DNA of 64,000 nt from an uncultured cyanobacterium (GTDB lineage Bacteria; Cyanobacteriota; Cyanobacteriia; PCC-9006; JAAUQQ01): the NCBI GenBank assembly GCA_963718615.1, contig OY970368.1, forward strand, positions 2,400,001 to 2,464,000. The letters run 5' to 3'. Made by a program: the position numbers and the translations under genes. Below, in pieces: positions 1 through 8,770 of this stretch. Every line of letters begins with the position of its first letter. Within the stretch, counting starts at the first letter, position 1. The notes beneath the pieces are model-generated. The model was not told the DNA's origin. It did not search any database and saw nothing but the letters and a program-made list of their open reading frames with translations.

Positions 1-2
1 GC

Positions 3-512
3 AACAGCAGCATCAAGCTCCAGCGTAGCTTCAATCGCTTGAGTCTAGACATTCCACCCAGTGGGTTGCGGGGCGAACTCTTGGCCCTGGGGGGCTTTGC
101 TTTATTTTGGAATGGTTTCATTTTCTTTTGGACATTCATGTCCGTTGCCATGGGCGCACCAATTATTTTCTCGCTGTTTTCGATTCCGTTTTGGGTGGTG
201 GGAATTGGAATGTTGTCGATGGTGGTTTCTGGATTGTTTGGGCAGGTCAGTTTGACGGTTAATGCAAGTCACTATCGGTTTTGTTGGCAACTCTGGCATT
301 GGCGACGAGAGCGACAAGGCCCAACTCGCGATCTCTATCAAGTGAATTTGCGAACAAGGTATAGTCAGAATGATCGACCGGTGCAGGCGATCGCGATCGC
401 AGCAGGAGCTGATATGCTTCAGTTTGGCACGATGCTCTCGGATTTAGAAAAAGCTTGGCTGGTGCAGGAGTTGTCTAGATTTTTGGATGATATTAAGGTC
501 GATCGACGATAG
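3..512 (+). CDS. Membrane protein, 5'-partial (two TM helices; resembles the C-terminal membrane region of some cyanobacterial Ser/Thr kinases)
   Basis: Frame is open from the window edge (NSSIKLQRSFNRLSLDIPP...); hydrophobic FALFWNGFIFFW / LFSIPFWVVG helices; C-terminal L..LEK.WL..EL motif. Confidence 0.55.
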   Translation, partial: NSSIKLQRSFNRLSLDIPPSGLRGELLALGGFALFWNGFIFFWTFMSVAMGAPIIFSLFSIPFWVVGIGMLSMVVSGLFGQVSLTVNASHYRFCWQLWHWRRERQGPTRDLYQVNLRTRYSQNDRPVQAIAIAAGADMLQFGTMLSDLEKAWLVQELSRFLDDIKVDRR

Positions 513-793
513 GAAGATCTTTAGAGAAAACATCAGTCAAAGTCTCTGCAAATTCACGACTTAAGTGATGACTATCACGATAACGAAGCGCTCTCCTTAT
601 TTTCTACAGTGCAACAGTCTGCTAATCCTGAAAGTTCCCGTTGGGATTGCGGGAACGATAATCCTGGATTCAGTAATGTCACGGAGTTTAGACAAAGTAG
701 GTAATTAGAAGCCTAGCAAAAATTACGGAATGTTCTCCGGATACTAGCACTTTTACTGAGTAAAGGAAATAGAACCCATCAAAGAGCAACGCC

Positions 794-3700
794 ATGCTGA
801 GATTGGTAGTTCTTGAGAATTTCGTGGATGTTGTGGCAAGACCAGTGAGATCGGTGGTTGGAGTGGTGGCTTTGCCAACTTCTCAAATCTTCTTTTCGCT
901 TGGTTCTGTTTGGGTGTTTCAGGCGATTGCCTCTCCCCCCCTCGCAGAGGCTAAAACCGCGTCTGCTCTATCACCCGATTCTCGGTCGGACAGTGCTCCC
1001 CTATCGCAAGGTAAAGCTGATGCGACTCCGGTTCAGCAGTCCGCCTGGAAAAGACAATCTACGACCTTAAGACCGCAGCAATTCCCACCAGAATCGACGA
1101 AGATTGCCCAAATTACGGTTCCAGTGCCTGACAATCCAGAAAGTTTAGGGACGATTGTCACTCCCGTTTCTGAAGGCTATGAAATTCGCGGCGGGCAACA
1201 GCAAGGACAAAATCTATTTCATAGTTTTTCCCAGTTTGATTTGCCCACGGATCAGGCGGCTCGCTTTATTGACCCCAATAGCCAGATTGAAAATATTTTA
1301 GGGCGCATTACCAGTGGTCAGGCTTCGCTCATTGATGGCACGTTGCGGGTCAGTGGAGAAGTATTTTCAACGACTGGATATGGTTTTAGTTCAGCCAATC
1401 TCTACTTGATGAATCCCGCAGGGATTATCTTTGGCCCCAACGCAATTTTGGATATTAAGGGTGCGTTTACAGCCACGACGGCGACCGGAATTGGTTTAGG
1501 AGAAGATTTATTTTATGCGGCAGGGTCGATTGACAACTCGCTGTTGCCCCAGGATACGCCCGATCGCTTTATCTTTACCACAAATCAAGTTGGGGCCATT
1601 GTGAACCTGGGTGATTTAGCAACCCAATCGGGTGAAAGTTTGACCCTCTTGGCAGGAACCGTTGCCAGTACTGGAAATCTGCGAACGCCTGGAGGAAGTC
1701 TAACCCTCGCTACCGTCCCTGGAGGCAGTCGCCTACGCATTAGTCAGAATGACCAAGTTCTTAGTTTGGAAGTCGAACCGTTTCAACTTGCCCAGGGTAA
1801 TCCCAATCAATGGGTTTTGCCGGTGCTGGAATTGCCTGGAATGTTGACGGGAAAAGGGATTAATATTGCAGCTATCGATGTTGATGGAGCCTTGTTAGCA
1901 GAGTCAGGCGAGGTGCGGGTGGCGGGGGCGATCGCCACCAACCCCAATGCTAATCCATTGGCTAGCACTAACGCCAACCCTAACACTGCCGGTGATGTCC
2001 TCATCCGCGCAGAAAGCAACTTAAGTACACAAAATATTAATACTACATCTATCCTAGACCTCACGACTAATTCCTATTTCTATGGTGGCTCTCTGAAGGG
2101 TGGAGAGGTGCAACTCAGTTCACAAGCAGGCAATGTCAAAACTGCGACGATTAATGCTGAAACTGCAATTATCGGAACAACTAATACTTACTTTTTTCCT
2201 CAGTTTATCCAATCTGGTAATGTTTCCATAGAAGCACGAAGCCCAAACAGTCGTATTCAAACGGGTGCGATTAAGACTTCGGCATTCAATCGAGTTTTGG
2301 ATAACCAATCTGTAGGCAGTGGTGGTGCAGCAGCCGGAACCATTGACTTGAAGACGGCAGGCTCAGCAATTCAGACTCAGGCTCTGGACACGTCAGCAGT
2401 GGGTGGAGCTAGCGCGATCGCAGGTTCTGTTACCCTAAAAACTTCAGCCACTCAGCCTGGAGAATCCATCACCTTTAGCTCGATTAATGCTACGGCAACG
2501 GGTAGTCCGCTATCATCCGAAGATGAAATTCTCGGAGGAAAAATTGAAATTACAACCCAAGGAATAGTCACTGGCACAGCTACGATTGCCTATGCCGATT
2601 TGGAAACCCAATCTCCGATTGCTAGCCTGCAAACGCTAGATGCAAGAGCCCTGATCTCGGCTAACAGCTCAACCAACGCTACGGTCAAAAGCGGGGCGAT
2701 CGCAATCACCCATGACGGCGGACCTGACAATCTGGATTTGACCGTGGGAGAAGTCAGCGAAAATGGTATGGTGGGAGCGATCGCTATAGGCATTGACTTA
2801 GACACCAATCGTATTGCTGCCGCCGCTCCTGTAGAACGCTTTCCGGTTTTGCCCGATGGTGGAACGGCTATCAATACAACACCTGGAATTACGATTAATT
2901 CGATTAATTCGACTCCCACCATCTTCCTACAAACCCTTAACCTGACAAATGAGTCCATTGCCGACACCGACAGTATTTCGATTGTTTCTCCTGAACTTGG
3001 GAATGGTTTAGCAATTGATCTAAACGCTGATAATCTAATATTTAAAATTATAAGTATTCGTGATTTAGGCAGTTTGACCCGAGCCGATGGAACGGTTGTA
3101 CAAGTGGGCGATGACTGGTTACCCAATGAGGAACTGCGCTATCAGCCCTTGGAAGGAACGGTGGGCAATATTATTCCTTTCGAGGTCGCAGTTAGCGATC
3201 GTGTGTCGCTCTCTTCGCCTGTGCAGTACCGTGTAGAAGTCCAAAAGAATCTAGAGATTCCGCCAGAAGTTCCACCAGAAGTTCCACCAGAAGTCCCGCC
3301 GGAAACTCCGCTAGAAGTCCCACCTTTTGTGATTGATTCTCCTACGGAGGAAAATGAGAAAACGGCAAACAACGAAGCAGAGGCTGAACAAGAAAAACGT
3401 AAGCAGCGCGATCGCACAATTGCCTTAAACTCCAGAGTTTTTAGCTTGTTTGCCAGTGGCGATCGCACCCCCCTCAACAGCCTTTCGGAAGCGACCGAAC
3501 GACTGCAAAAAATCGAGAACGCCACAGGGGTTCGGCCCGGTGTGATTTATGTGCAGTTTTTACCCACTCGACTGAGTCAAGGGCTCGACTATGGCGATCG
3601 CGAAGCGCTCCTCAATCAAGAACTAGATCAATATTTACAAGGCCAAACCCAACCCTTAAAACTTCAATCGGATCCCAGCGATGAACTGGAAATCATGCTG

Positions 3701-4774
3701 ATTGCTCCGGGAGGAGAAGCAGTACGAAAACGGTTTCCCGGCATTACCCGAGGACAAGTCATGGCTCAAGCTGAGCAGTTTCGTCAAGCGGTATCTCAGC
3801 GCCAAAGTAACTATCTAGAGTCTAGTCAAAATCTCTATCAGCTCTTGGTTGAGCCGGTTGAAGACCTGTTAGCGGAACGGCAGGTTGATAATTTAAATTT
3901 TATTTTAGAAGCGGGGCTGCGATCGCTTCCCATCGCAGCGCTTCACGATGGCAAACAGTTTTTGGTAGAACGCTATAGCTTGGGCTTGATGCCCAGTTTA
4001 AGCTTGGCAGATACGGAATTTGTAGATGTACGCAATGCAGAAGTTTTGGCCATGGGTGCATCTCAATTTAAAGACCAATCGCCCTTGCCTGCGGTGGAAC
4101 AAGAATTGACCACGTTGACGCAGCAAATTTGGAATGGTCAATCCTATTTTAATGAAAAGTTCACCCGCCAAAATCTAATTCAGGCCCGCCAAAAAACCCC
4201 CTACGGTATCGTACACTTGGCGACCCATGGTGAATTCAAAGCGGGTCAAGTGGATCAGTCCTATATTCAACTCTGGGATGACAAACTGCGGCTCAGCCAA
4301 TTGCGAGAGCTTGGCTTGGGTAATCCCCCGGTTGAATTGCTGGTTTTGAGCGCTTGTCGCACAGCGCTAGGGGATCAGCAGGCAGAGCTAGGTTTTGCAG
4401 GTCTGGCGGTTGAATCTGGGGCGAAGTCAGCCCTTGGCAGTCTTTGGTATGTGAGTGATGTGGGGACGTTCTCGCTGATTACTGAGTTTTATCAGTCGCT
4501 CAAACAGGCTCCGATCAAGGCAGAAGCCCTGCGGCAGGCCCAAATTGCCATGTTGCGGAATCAGCTACGGCCTGCTCTTTCTAAACCGATGCTGTCGGCA
4601 GGAGATGCTGATTTCCAGGACAGTTCAGGCCGAGGCGAAGGCAGTCTGCTCAAGCGGCCTGATTTGAGTAATATTAATCTAGCGGATGTTCTAGCAACCG
4701 ACACATCCGCTCCCGATGATCTAACCCATCCCTACTATTGGGCCTCGTTTACCCTAGTGGGTACTCCCTGGTAG
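794..4774 (+). CDS. Filamentous haemagglutinin N-terminal (TPS) domain + C-terminal CHAT (caspase-like) domain protein
   Basis: NLFHSFSQF and LYLMNPAGIIFGPNA (haemagglutination activity domain); beta-helical Gly/Thr-rich repeats; CHAT motifs HLATHGEF, LVLSACRT, SLWYVSD, HPYYWASF. Confidence 0.9.
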   Translation: MLRLVVLENFVDVVARPVRSVVGVVALPTSQIFFSLGSVWVFQAIASPPLAEAKTASALSPDSRSDSAPLSQGKADATPVQQSAWKRQSTTLRPQQFPPESTKIAQITVPVPDNPESLGTIVTPVSEGYEIRGGQQQGQNLFHSFSQFDLPTDQAARFIDPNSQIENILGRITSGQASLIDGTLRVSGEVFSTTGYGFSSANLYLMNPAGIIFGPNAILDIKGAFTATTATGIGLGEDLFYAAGSIDNSLLPQDTPDRFIFTTNQVGAIVNLGDLATQSGESLTLLAGTVASTGNLRTPGGSLTLATVPGGSRLRISQNDQVLSLEVEPFQLAQGNPNQWVLPVLELPGMLTGKGINIAAIDVDGALLAESGEVRVAGAIATNPNANPLASTNANPNTAGDVLIRAESNLSTQNINTTSILDLTTNSYFYGGSLKGGEVQLSSQAGNVKTATINAETAIIGTTNTYFFPQFIQSGNVSIEARSPNSRIQTGAIKTSAFNRVLDNQSVGSGGAAAGTIDLKTAGSAIQTQALDTSAVGGASAIAGSVTLKTSATQPGESITFSSINATATGSPLSSEDEILGGKIEITTQGIVTGTATIAYADLETQSPIASLQTLDARALISANSSTNATVKSGAIAITHDGGPDNLDLTVGEVSENGMVGAIAIGIDLDTNRIAAAAPVERFPVLPDGGTAINTTPGITINSINSTPTIFLQTLNLTNESIADTDSISIVSPELGNGLAIDLNADNLIFKIISIRDLGSLTRADGTVVQVGDDWLPNEELRYQPLEGTVGNIIPFEVAVSDRVSLSSPVQYRVEVQKNLEIPPEVPPEVPPEVPPETPLEVPPFVIDSPTEENEKTANNEAEAEQEKRKQRDRTIALNSRVFSLFASGDRTPLNSLSEATERLQKIENATGVRPGVIYVQFLPTRLSQGLDYGDREALLNQELDQYLQGQTQPLKLQSDPSDELEIMLIAPGGEAVRKRFPGITRGQVMAQAEQFRQAVSQRQSNYLESSQNLYQLLVEPVEDLLAERQVDNLNFILEAGLRSLPIAALHDGKQFLVERYSLGLMPSLSLADTEFVDVRNAEVLAMGASQFKDQSPLPAVEQELTTLTQQIWNGQSYFNEKFTRQNLIQARQKTPYGIVHLATHGEFKAGQVDQSYIQLWDDKLRLSQLRELGLGNPPVELLVLSACRTALGDQQAELGFAGLAVESGAKSALGSLWYVSDVGTFSLITEFYQSLKQAPIKAEALRQAQIAMLRNQLRPALSKPMLSAGDADFQDSSGRGEGSLLKRPDLSNINLADVLATDTSAPDDLTHPYYWASFTLVGTPW
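3259..3323 (+). repeat. 12-nt tandem repeat encoding a (PPEV)n linker
   Basis: ccgccagaagtt/ccaccagaagtt/ccaccagaagtc/ccgccggaaact; protein IPPEVPPEVPPEVPPETPLEVPP. Confidence 0.8.
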
Positions 4775-5601
4775 AGTGTTTGGAGGGACTCAACCAGCGG
4801 TTCGTCTGCATAGGTTTCTAGTCCCACGGTAGTCAGCAAGTTTCGCCAATCTGACTGTGCAGTTTCGGGTTGCCGTTGTCGAAGCTGGGCGATCGCCCCC
4901 AATGCCTCAAACCAAAACCCCTGCTCTGCATGAAGTTGGGCCTGTTCTCGTAAACTCAGCGAAGCCAAATTAATCTCGGGTTGCAAGTCCAACGACTGAC
5001 GTTCAATCTGACCGCCCACCCAATAAATTTTGGGAGACCCTTGGTCGGCATCGGTGCAGGCCACCACGGACCGTAAGGCCCAAGTATAGATCTCTCCCAT
5101 GACCAAAGCCGGTTCTGAGATGGCTGGCGCTACGGTGATGACCCCTGCTGTTGCGGGCAGGGTGACTGGCAGTTGATAGAGCAATTTCCCCGTCCGATCT
5201 TGAAGCATCAGGGTTAGATCGGCTCCTGCTACATCGCGATGACCAAAGGGGAAATAAAACGTAAAGGTTGGACGGGCCTGGGTCGTCTTGGCCCAAATTA
5301 AGGGTTTGGGTGTGGTCCCTCCCACGGCGGGACGCTGGTATTGGGGGACAAACGCGACCGGGCTGCTACATCCTCGGCTAGCCCCTTCTCCCCGTTTGCT
5401 GGGGGCACCGCGATCGCCTGTCAACTGGGGTATGACAAATTTAAGGCTAGAGGGCCGAGGTCGGGCCAATCCGGGCGGCATTGCTCCCAATATTGACGCT
5501 GAAACGGTTGCGATCGCGATTGAGCTCAGTAGGGTTCGAGCCCTCTTGAGGTGAATAGATCGGCGGGTAGCTGTGAAAATCATGGTGATAACAATCCTCA
5601 T
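4735..5601 (-). CDS. DUF928 domain protein (exported)
   Basis: Signal-like N-terminus; GAPSKRGEGASRG-C, T...RPTFTFYFP, Y.W, GFWFEAL..IAQLR, W..LL..VGL motifs; typical neighbour of CHAT/CHASE2 genes. Confidence 0.85.
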   Translation of the reverse strand: MRIVITMIFTATRRSIHLKRARTLLSSIAIATVSASILGAMPPGLARPRPSSLKFVIPQLTGDRGAPSKRGEGASRGCSSPVAFVPQYQRPAVGGTTPKPLIWAKTTQARPTFTFYFPFGHRDVAGADLTLMLQDRTGKLLYQLPVTLPATAGVITVAPAISEPALVMGEIYTWALRSVVACTDADQGSPKIYWVGGQIERQSLDLQPEINLASLSLREQAQLHAEQGFWFEALGAIAQLRQRQPETAQSDWRNLLTTVGLETYADEPLVESLQTLYQGVPTRVNEAQ

Positions 5602-5760
5602 TCATGGTGCACCATGCGTCCCTGAGATGGGTGTTTACAAACCGAACATGAGTTCGAATGATGAGTTCGAGCATGAGTTCAATCTCCTCAAGAAACTGAG
5701 CGTCGCCAGGAAGCTTTACCCAAATTGGAAGAATAGGGGATAAAAAATTCATTGTTCACT

Positions 5761-8109
5761 TTAACTGCGGCTGGTCGTGTTGCGCCAAATCACAATTGCG
5801 CCACTGCCCGCGATCGCCATTGCCCCCGGTACCAAGGGCAACCAACCGCTGCGCTGATGCATCACCAGCCAACAGCAGCCATAGAGCAAAAGACCACTTG
5901 CTCCTAAGCCAATAATCTGAAACTGACGTTGAGGGAAAATAAGAGCTACCCCACCGGCTAACAGGGACCAGATCAAAATCCAAAGGATTTCCTGAGGCAA
6001 AGACAAGGTCCAGATGAGCGATCGCCCTTCCATGGCAGCACTGACAATCTGACTCACCATTTGGGCTTGGAGTAGGACACCGGCTAAATCTTCTTCGCCA
6101 GTACTGTAGGGCGTTTTAGAATAGTCTTTGAAGCTTTCTGCGGTGGTGCCAATGAGGACGATGCGATCGCGAATCACTGCTGGATTAAACGCACCGGATA
6201 GCACTTGTGCTAGGGTCAGGCGATCGACAAAATCTTCAACGGAATTATGCTTTCGATAGTTCAATAGGGTTTGATAGCCCCAGGCATCGGTGCCTTGGTA
6301 GCCGCCGACATGGGCTGCTAGGGGTTGGATATGGACTTGACCGAGTTGCCAACTTTGATCCGCTTGCTCTTCCAGCATAATGCCTTGAGTGGCTAGATAG
6401 CGCAGTGCTAATTGTAAATTGATCGAAAAGTTGGCCGAACAGGAGGAGGTTGGCGGTGGGGTGAGGGCGAGCAGTTGGCGACGAATAACGCCGTCTGGAT
6501 CAACCATTAAATCGCTAAAGCCAAGGCGATCAGCGGGGAGTTCAGGGGGTGGGGCGATCGCCTCTGTTTTTTCCGTCTGAACCCGACAGACGCCGACAAA
6601 ATTATCAGTTTGAGATAGCGCTTGAGCCAGTTTAGGATAACGAGAATTTACCGGAAAATCTCGATAAATATCCAACCCAATCACGGCGGGTTGATGGGAT
6701 TGTAAAATCCCCAGCAGTTGTTCTAGGGCAGCATCGGATAACGAGCTTTGTCCTCGATCGGTTTGGGCTGCGACATCGGCTTCTGTGACAGTAACGACCA
6801 GAATTCGAGGATCGCGGTTTTCTACGGAACGCTGACCGAGCAGATGGTCGTAGGCTTGGAGTTCCAGAGGTTGAAGGAGTCCGGCGCGGCGAATCAGAAT
6901 TGTTGCACCGGTCACGAGGGTGCTGAGGGCGAAGGTGGTGGCGATCGCTCCCTTCGTCAACCGCTGAAATTTCAACCGCTGAAGCCCAAACCGCTGCACC
7001 TTAGGCGGTGCTGGAGAAACGGGTGGTGACGTTCCCAGCAGCCCCTCCCAACGGGGTGAAGCCTGGGCTAGGTTCTGAAATAATACCGGCAACCAGGTCG
7101 CGCAGGGAAATTCTTGCTCTAGGCCCTGCAATCGCTCTCTCGCTTGACGCATGGCGAGGTGCAGCGGCAACCCTTCGGTGAGCGCAACTAGAAGATACTG
7201 CAAAAAGGCTTGGGCAACTCGATCGGGTACGGGCTCGCGCATGACAATCAACTGGGGAATCTGCAAATCTGCAAACTCCCGCGCCAGTCCCAAACCATCA
7301 CAGGAATTGAAAATGGCAAGCTGCAAGCCCCGCGCAACGGCCTGACGCAATCCATATTTGAGTTCACCAATGGTCAGACTTTCCCTTGGATTAATCGCCA
7401 TTTTACCAACCGCCTCTGGACCCAGACTGGCGCTGTGCCCTGCAAAAAAGAGAATTTGCCAAGGTTCTTGCCAAAGCTGATCGGTGAGCTGACTACAGGG
7501 AGGCTCTACTAAAAACGTGACCTTCGTCTGGGGTAATGCTTCTAGAAGTTGGCGATCGCAATCAATATCAATCCCTGTGCGATCGCCCAGCAATGCCAAA
7601 ATCTTCACCCCTGGAGTCGAGCGAATTGGCTCCTCAACCCGGTCATAGTGGGGCGCACTCAAAACCGTTTCGGCTTGGGCATAGCGCTCCACCAGTTCCC
7701 ACAGATGCCAAGGCAACCGCTGGAGCTGGAGATCCTGGGTTTGGATGACGATTCTGAGGCTGTCGTTCGGCTGGAGCTTTTCGAGCCAGGTTTCCCGCAG
7801 GGGCCGAAACGATTCGCTGCGGAGCCAGGTATTGAGGCGATCGCGCAGTTGCAGGGCCGAAGTTTCACAGTCTTCACGGGTGGCAAAGCGCGATTCAGTT
7901 TTGGGTAAGGCCAGGGGGCGTCCGGCAAAGTTGAGCCGCCGATAGGTGGATTGCCAACTGTTAAAGCCTTGGCTGAGGTCCTGGACCGGCGGTAGAGAAC
8001 CCATGATCTCCGTGTGGGGTTGAGCCGCTTCCGGACCGATTTGCAGCGTCACTGAAAATCCAGTTTCCAGGCTACCCAATCCAAATTTTAGAACGACCAG
8101 CTTCTCCAT
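5761..8109 (-). CDS. CHAT domain + CHASE2 domain membrane protein
   Basis: Probable start MEKLVVLK at 8109 (ORF open to 8250); CHAT motifs LPWHLW, FFAGHS, FNSCDGL, WLPVL; CHASE2 motifs LELQAYD, VIGLDIYRD, GFSDLMVDPDGVIRR, IVLIG, GVLLQAQ; three C-terminal TM helices. Confidence 0.88.
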   Translation of the reverse strand: MEKLVVLKFGLGSLETGFSVTLQIGPEAAQPHTEIMGSLPPVQDLSQGFNSWQSTYRRLNFAGRPLALPKTESRFATREDCETSALQLRDRLNTWLRSESFRPLRETWLEKLQPNDSLRIVIQTQDLQLQRLPWHLWELVERYAQAETVLSAPHYDRVEEPIRSTPGVKILALLGDRTGIDIDCDRQLLEALPQTKVTFLVEPPCSQLTDQLWQEPWQILFFAGHSASLGPEAVGKMAINPRESLTIGELKYGLRQAVARGLQLAIFNSCDGLGLAREFADLQIPQLIVMREPVPDRVAQAFLQYLLVALTEGLPLHLAMRQARERLQGLEQEFPCATWLPVLFQNLAQASPRWEGLLGTSPPVSPAPPKVQRFGLQRLKFQRLTKGAIATTFALSTLVTGATILIRRAGLLQPLELQAYDHLLGQRSVENRDPRILVVTVTEADVAAQTDRGQSSLSDAALEQLLGILQSHQPAVIGLDIYRDFPVNSRYPKLAQALSQTDNFVGVCRVQTEKTEAIAPPPELPADRLGFSDLMVDPDGVIRRQLLALTPPPTSSCSANFSINLQLALRYLATQGIMLEEQADQSWQLGQVHIQPLAAHVGGYQGTDAWGYQTLLNYRKHNSVEDFVDRLTLAQVLSGAFNPAVIRDRIVLIGTTAESFKDYSKTPYSTGEEDLAGVLLQAQMVSQIVSAAMEGRSLIWTLSLPQEILWILIWSLLAGGVALIFPQRQFQIIGLGASGLLLYGCCWLVMHQRSGWLPLVPGAMAIAGSGAIVIWRNTTSRS

Positions 8110-8163
8110 GCTTCCCCCGATAATTTGGCTTCCCCCGATGACTTGGCTTCCCTCGATGACTTT
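8110..8163. repeat. 3 x 18-nt tandem repeat immediately upstream of the CHAT-CHASE2 start
   Basis: gcttcccccgataatttg / gcttcccccgatgacttg / gcttccctcgatgacttt. Confidence 0.8.
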
Positions 8164-8200
8164 TGGAGCAACCTCCGGCAACCGCCCAGGCCAGAACGGC

Positions 8201-8707
8201 TTAACGCTGGACCGGCACGGCAGGAGACTCAGCCCGGTAGGTGACGCCATCGATTTGGTAGGTGGCGATCGCCCGCACCGCTCCCTGTCCAGGATAAGGG
8301 CTGGGGCTCGTGAGCTGCACCTCGACGACGGAGTTTTCTAGGGGCTTGAGGGTGAGGGTTTGGGAGGGGGCTAGGGTCATGAGGGCAGGGGTGGGGCGAT
8401 CGCCTGCGGTGACAATCTCGACTTCTTGGAGCTGCACCTCAATCGTCGCCATCTGGGGATTTTTCAGTTGCAGAAACACCGCAGCAAAACTGATGGGGCG
8501 ATCGGGATTGGGTGGTTCCCCCAGGGGAGGTAGCCGTTCTTCGCGGGCGACGAGGGTGAGGGCGGGGATAGAAGGGTGGGTAGAGATGGGGTTCATGGTG
8601 GAGTTGGGAGGGGGTGGGGTGGATTGGGATTGGGAGGGGAGGCTACAGCTCAGGAGGGCTAAAGCGAGCAGAGCGGGAGAGAGGCGTAGGATCGTCATAT
8701 AGTTCAC
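8201..8707 (-). CDS. Hypothetical lipoprotein
   Basis: Lipobox LALLSC after a hydrophobic stretch; Pro-rich linker; beta-rich small domain. Confidence 0.65.
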   Translation of the reverse strand: MNYMTILRLSPALLALALLSCSLPSQSQSTPPPPNSTMNPISTHPSIPALTLVAREERLPPLGEPPNPDRPISFAAVFLQLKNPQMATIEVQLQEVEIVTAGDRPTPALMTLAPSQTLTLKPLENSVVEVQLTSPSPYPGQGAVRAIATYQIDGVTYRAESPAVPVQR

Positions 8708-8710
8708 CTT

Positions 8711-8740
8711 GTAGGGACGAACTGCCGTTCGTCCCCGTAG
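8711..8740. repeat. GTAG-family REP-like palindrome, possible terminator of the C2 protease gene
   Basis: gtag-ggacgaac tgcc gttcgtcc-c: 9-bp stem (8714-8722/8727-8735), 4-nt loop, preceded by GTAG. Confidence 0.6.
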
Positions 8741-8770
8741 TTTAGGGTTTGTCCCTGGCAGGACCTATCT

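Noticed and set aside
634-656. Hairpin gttcccg...cgggaac upstream of FHA-CHAT
   Set aside because: Only a 7-bp stem without a U-tract; may be chance
8110-8250. N-terminal extension of the CHAT-CHASE2 ORF
   Set aside because: Overlaps the upstream lipoprotein gene and consists partly of an 18-nt tandem repeat; MEKLVVLK at 8109 is the more typical start
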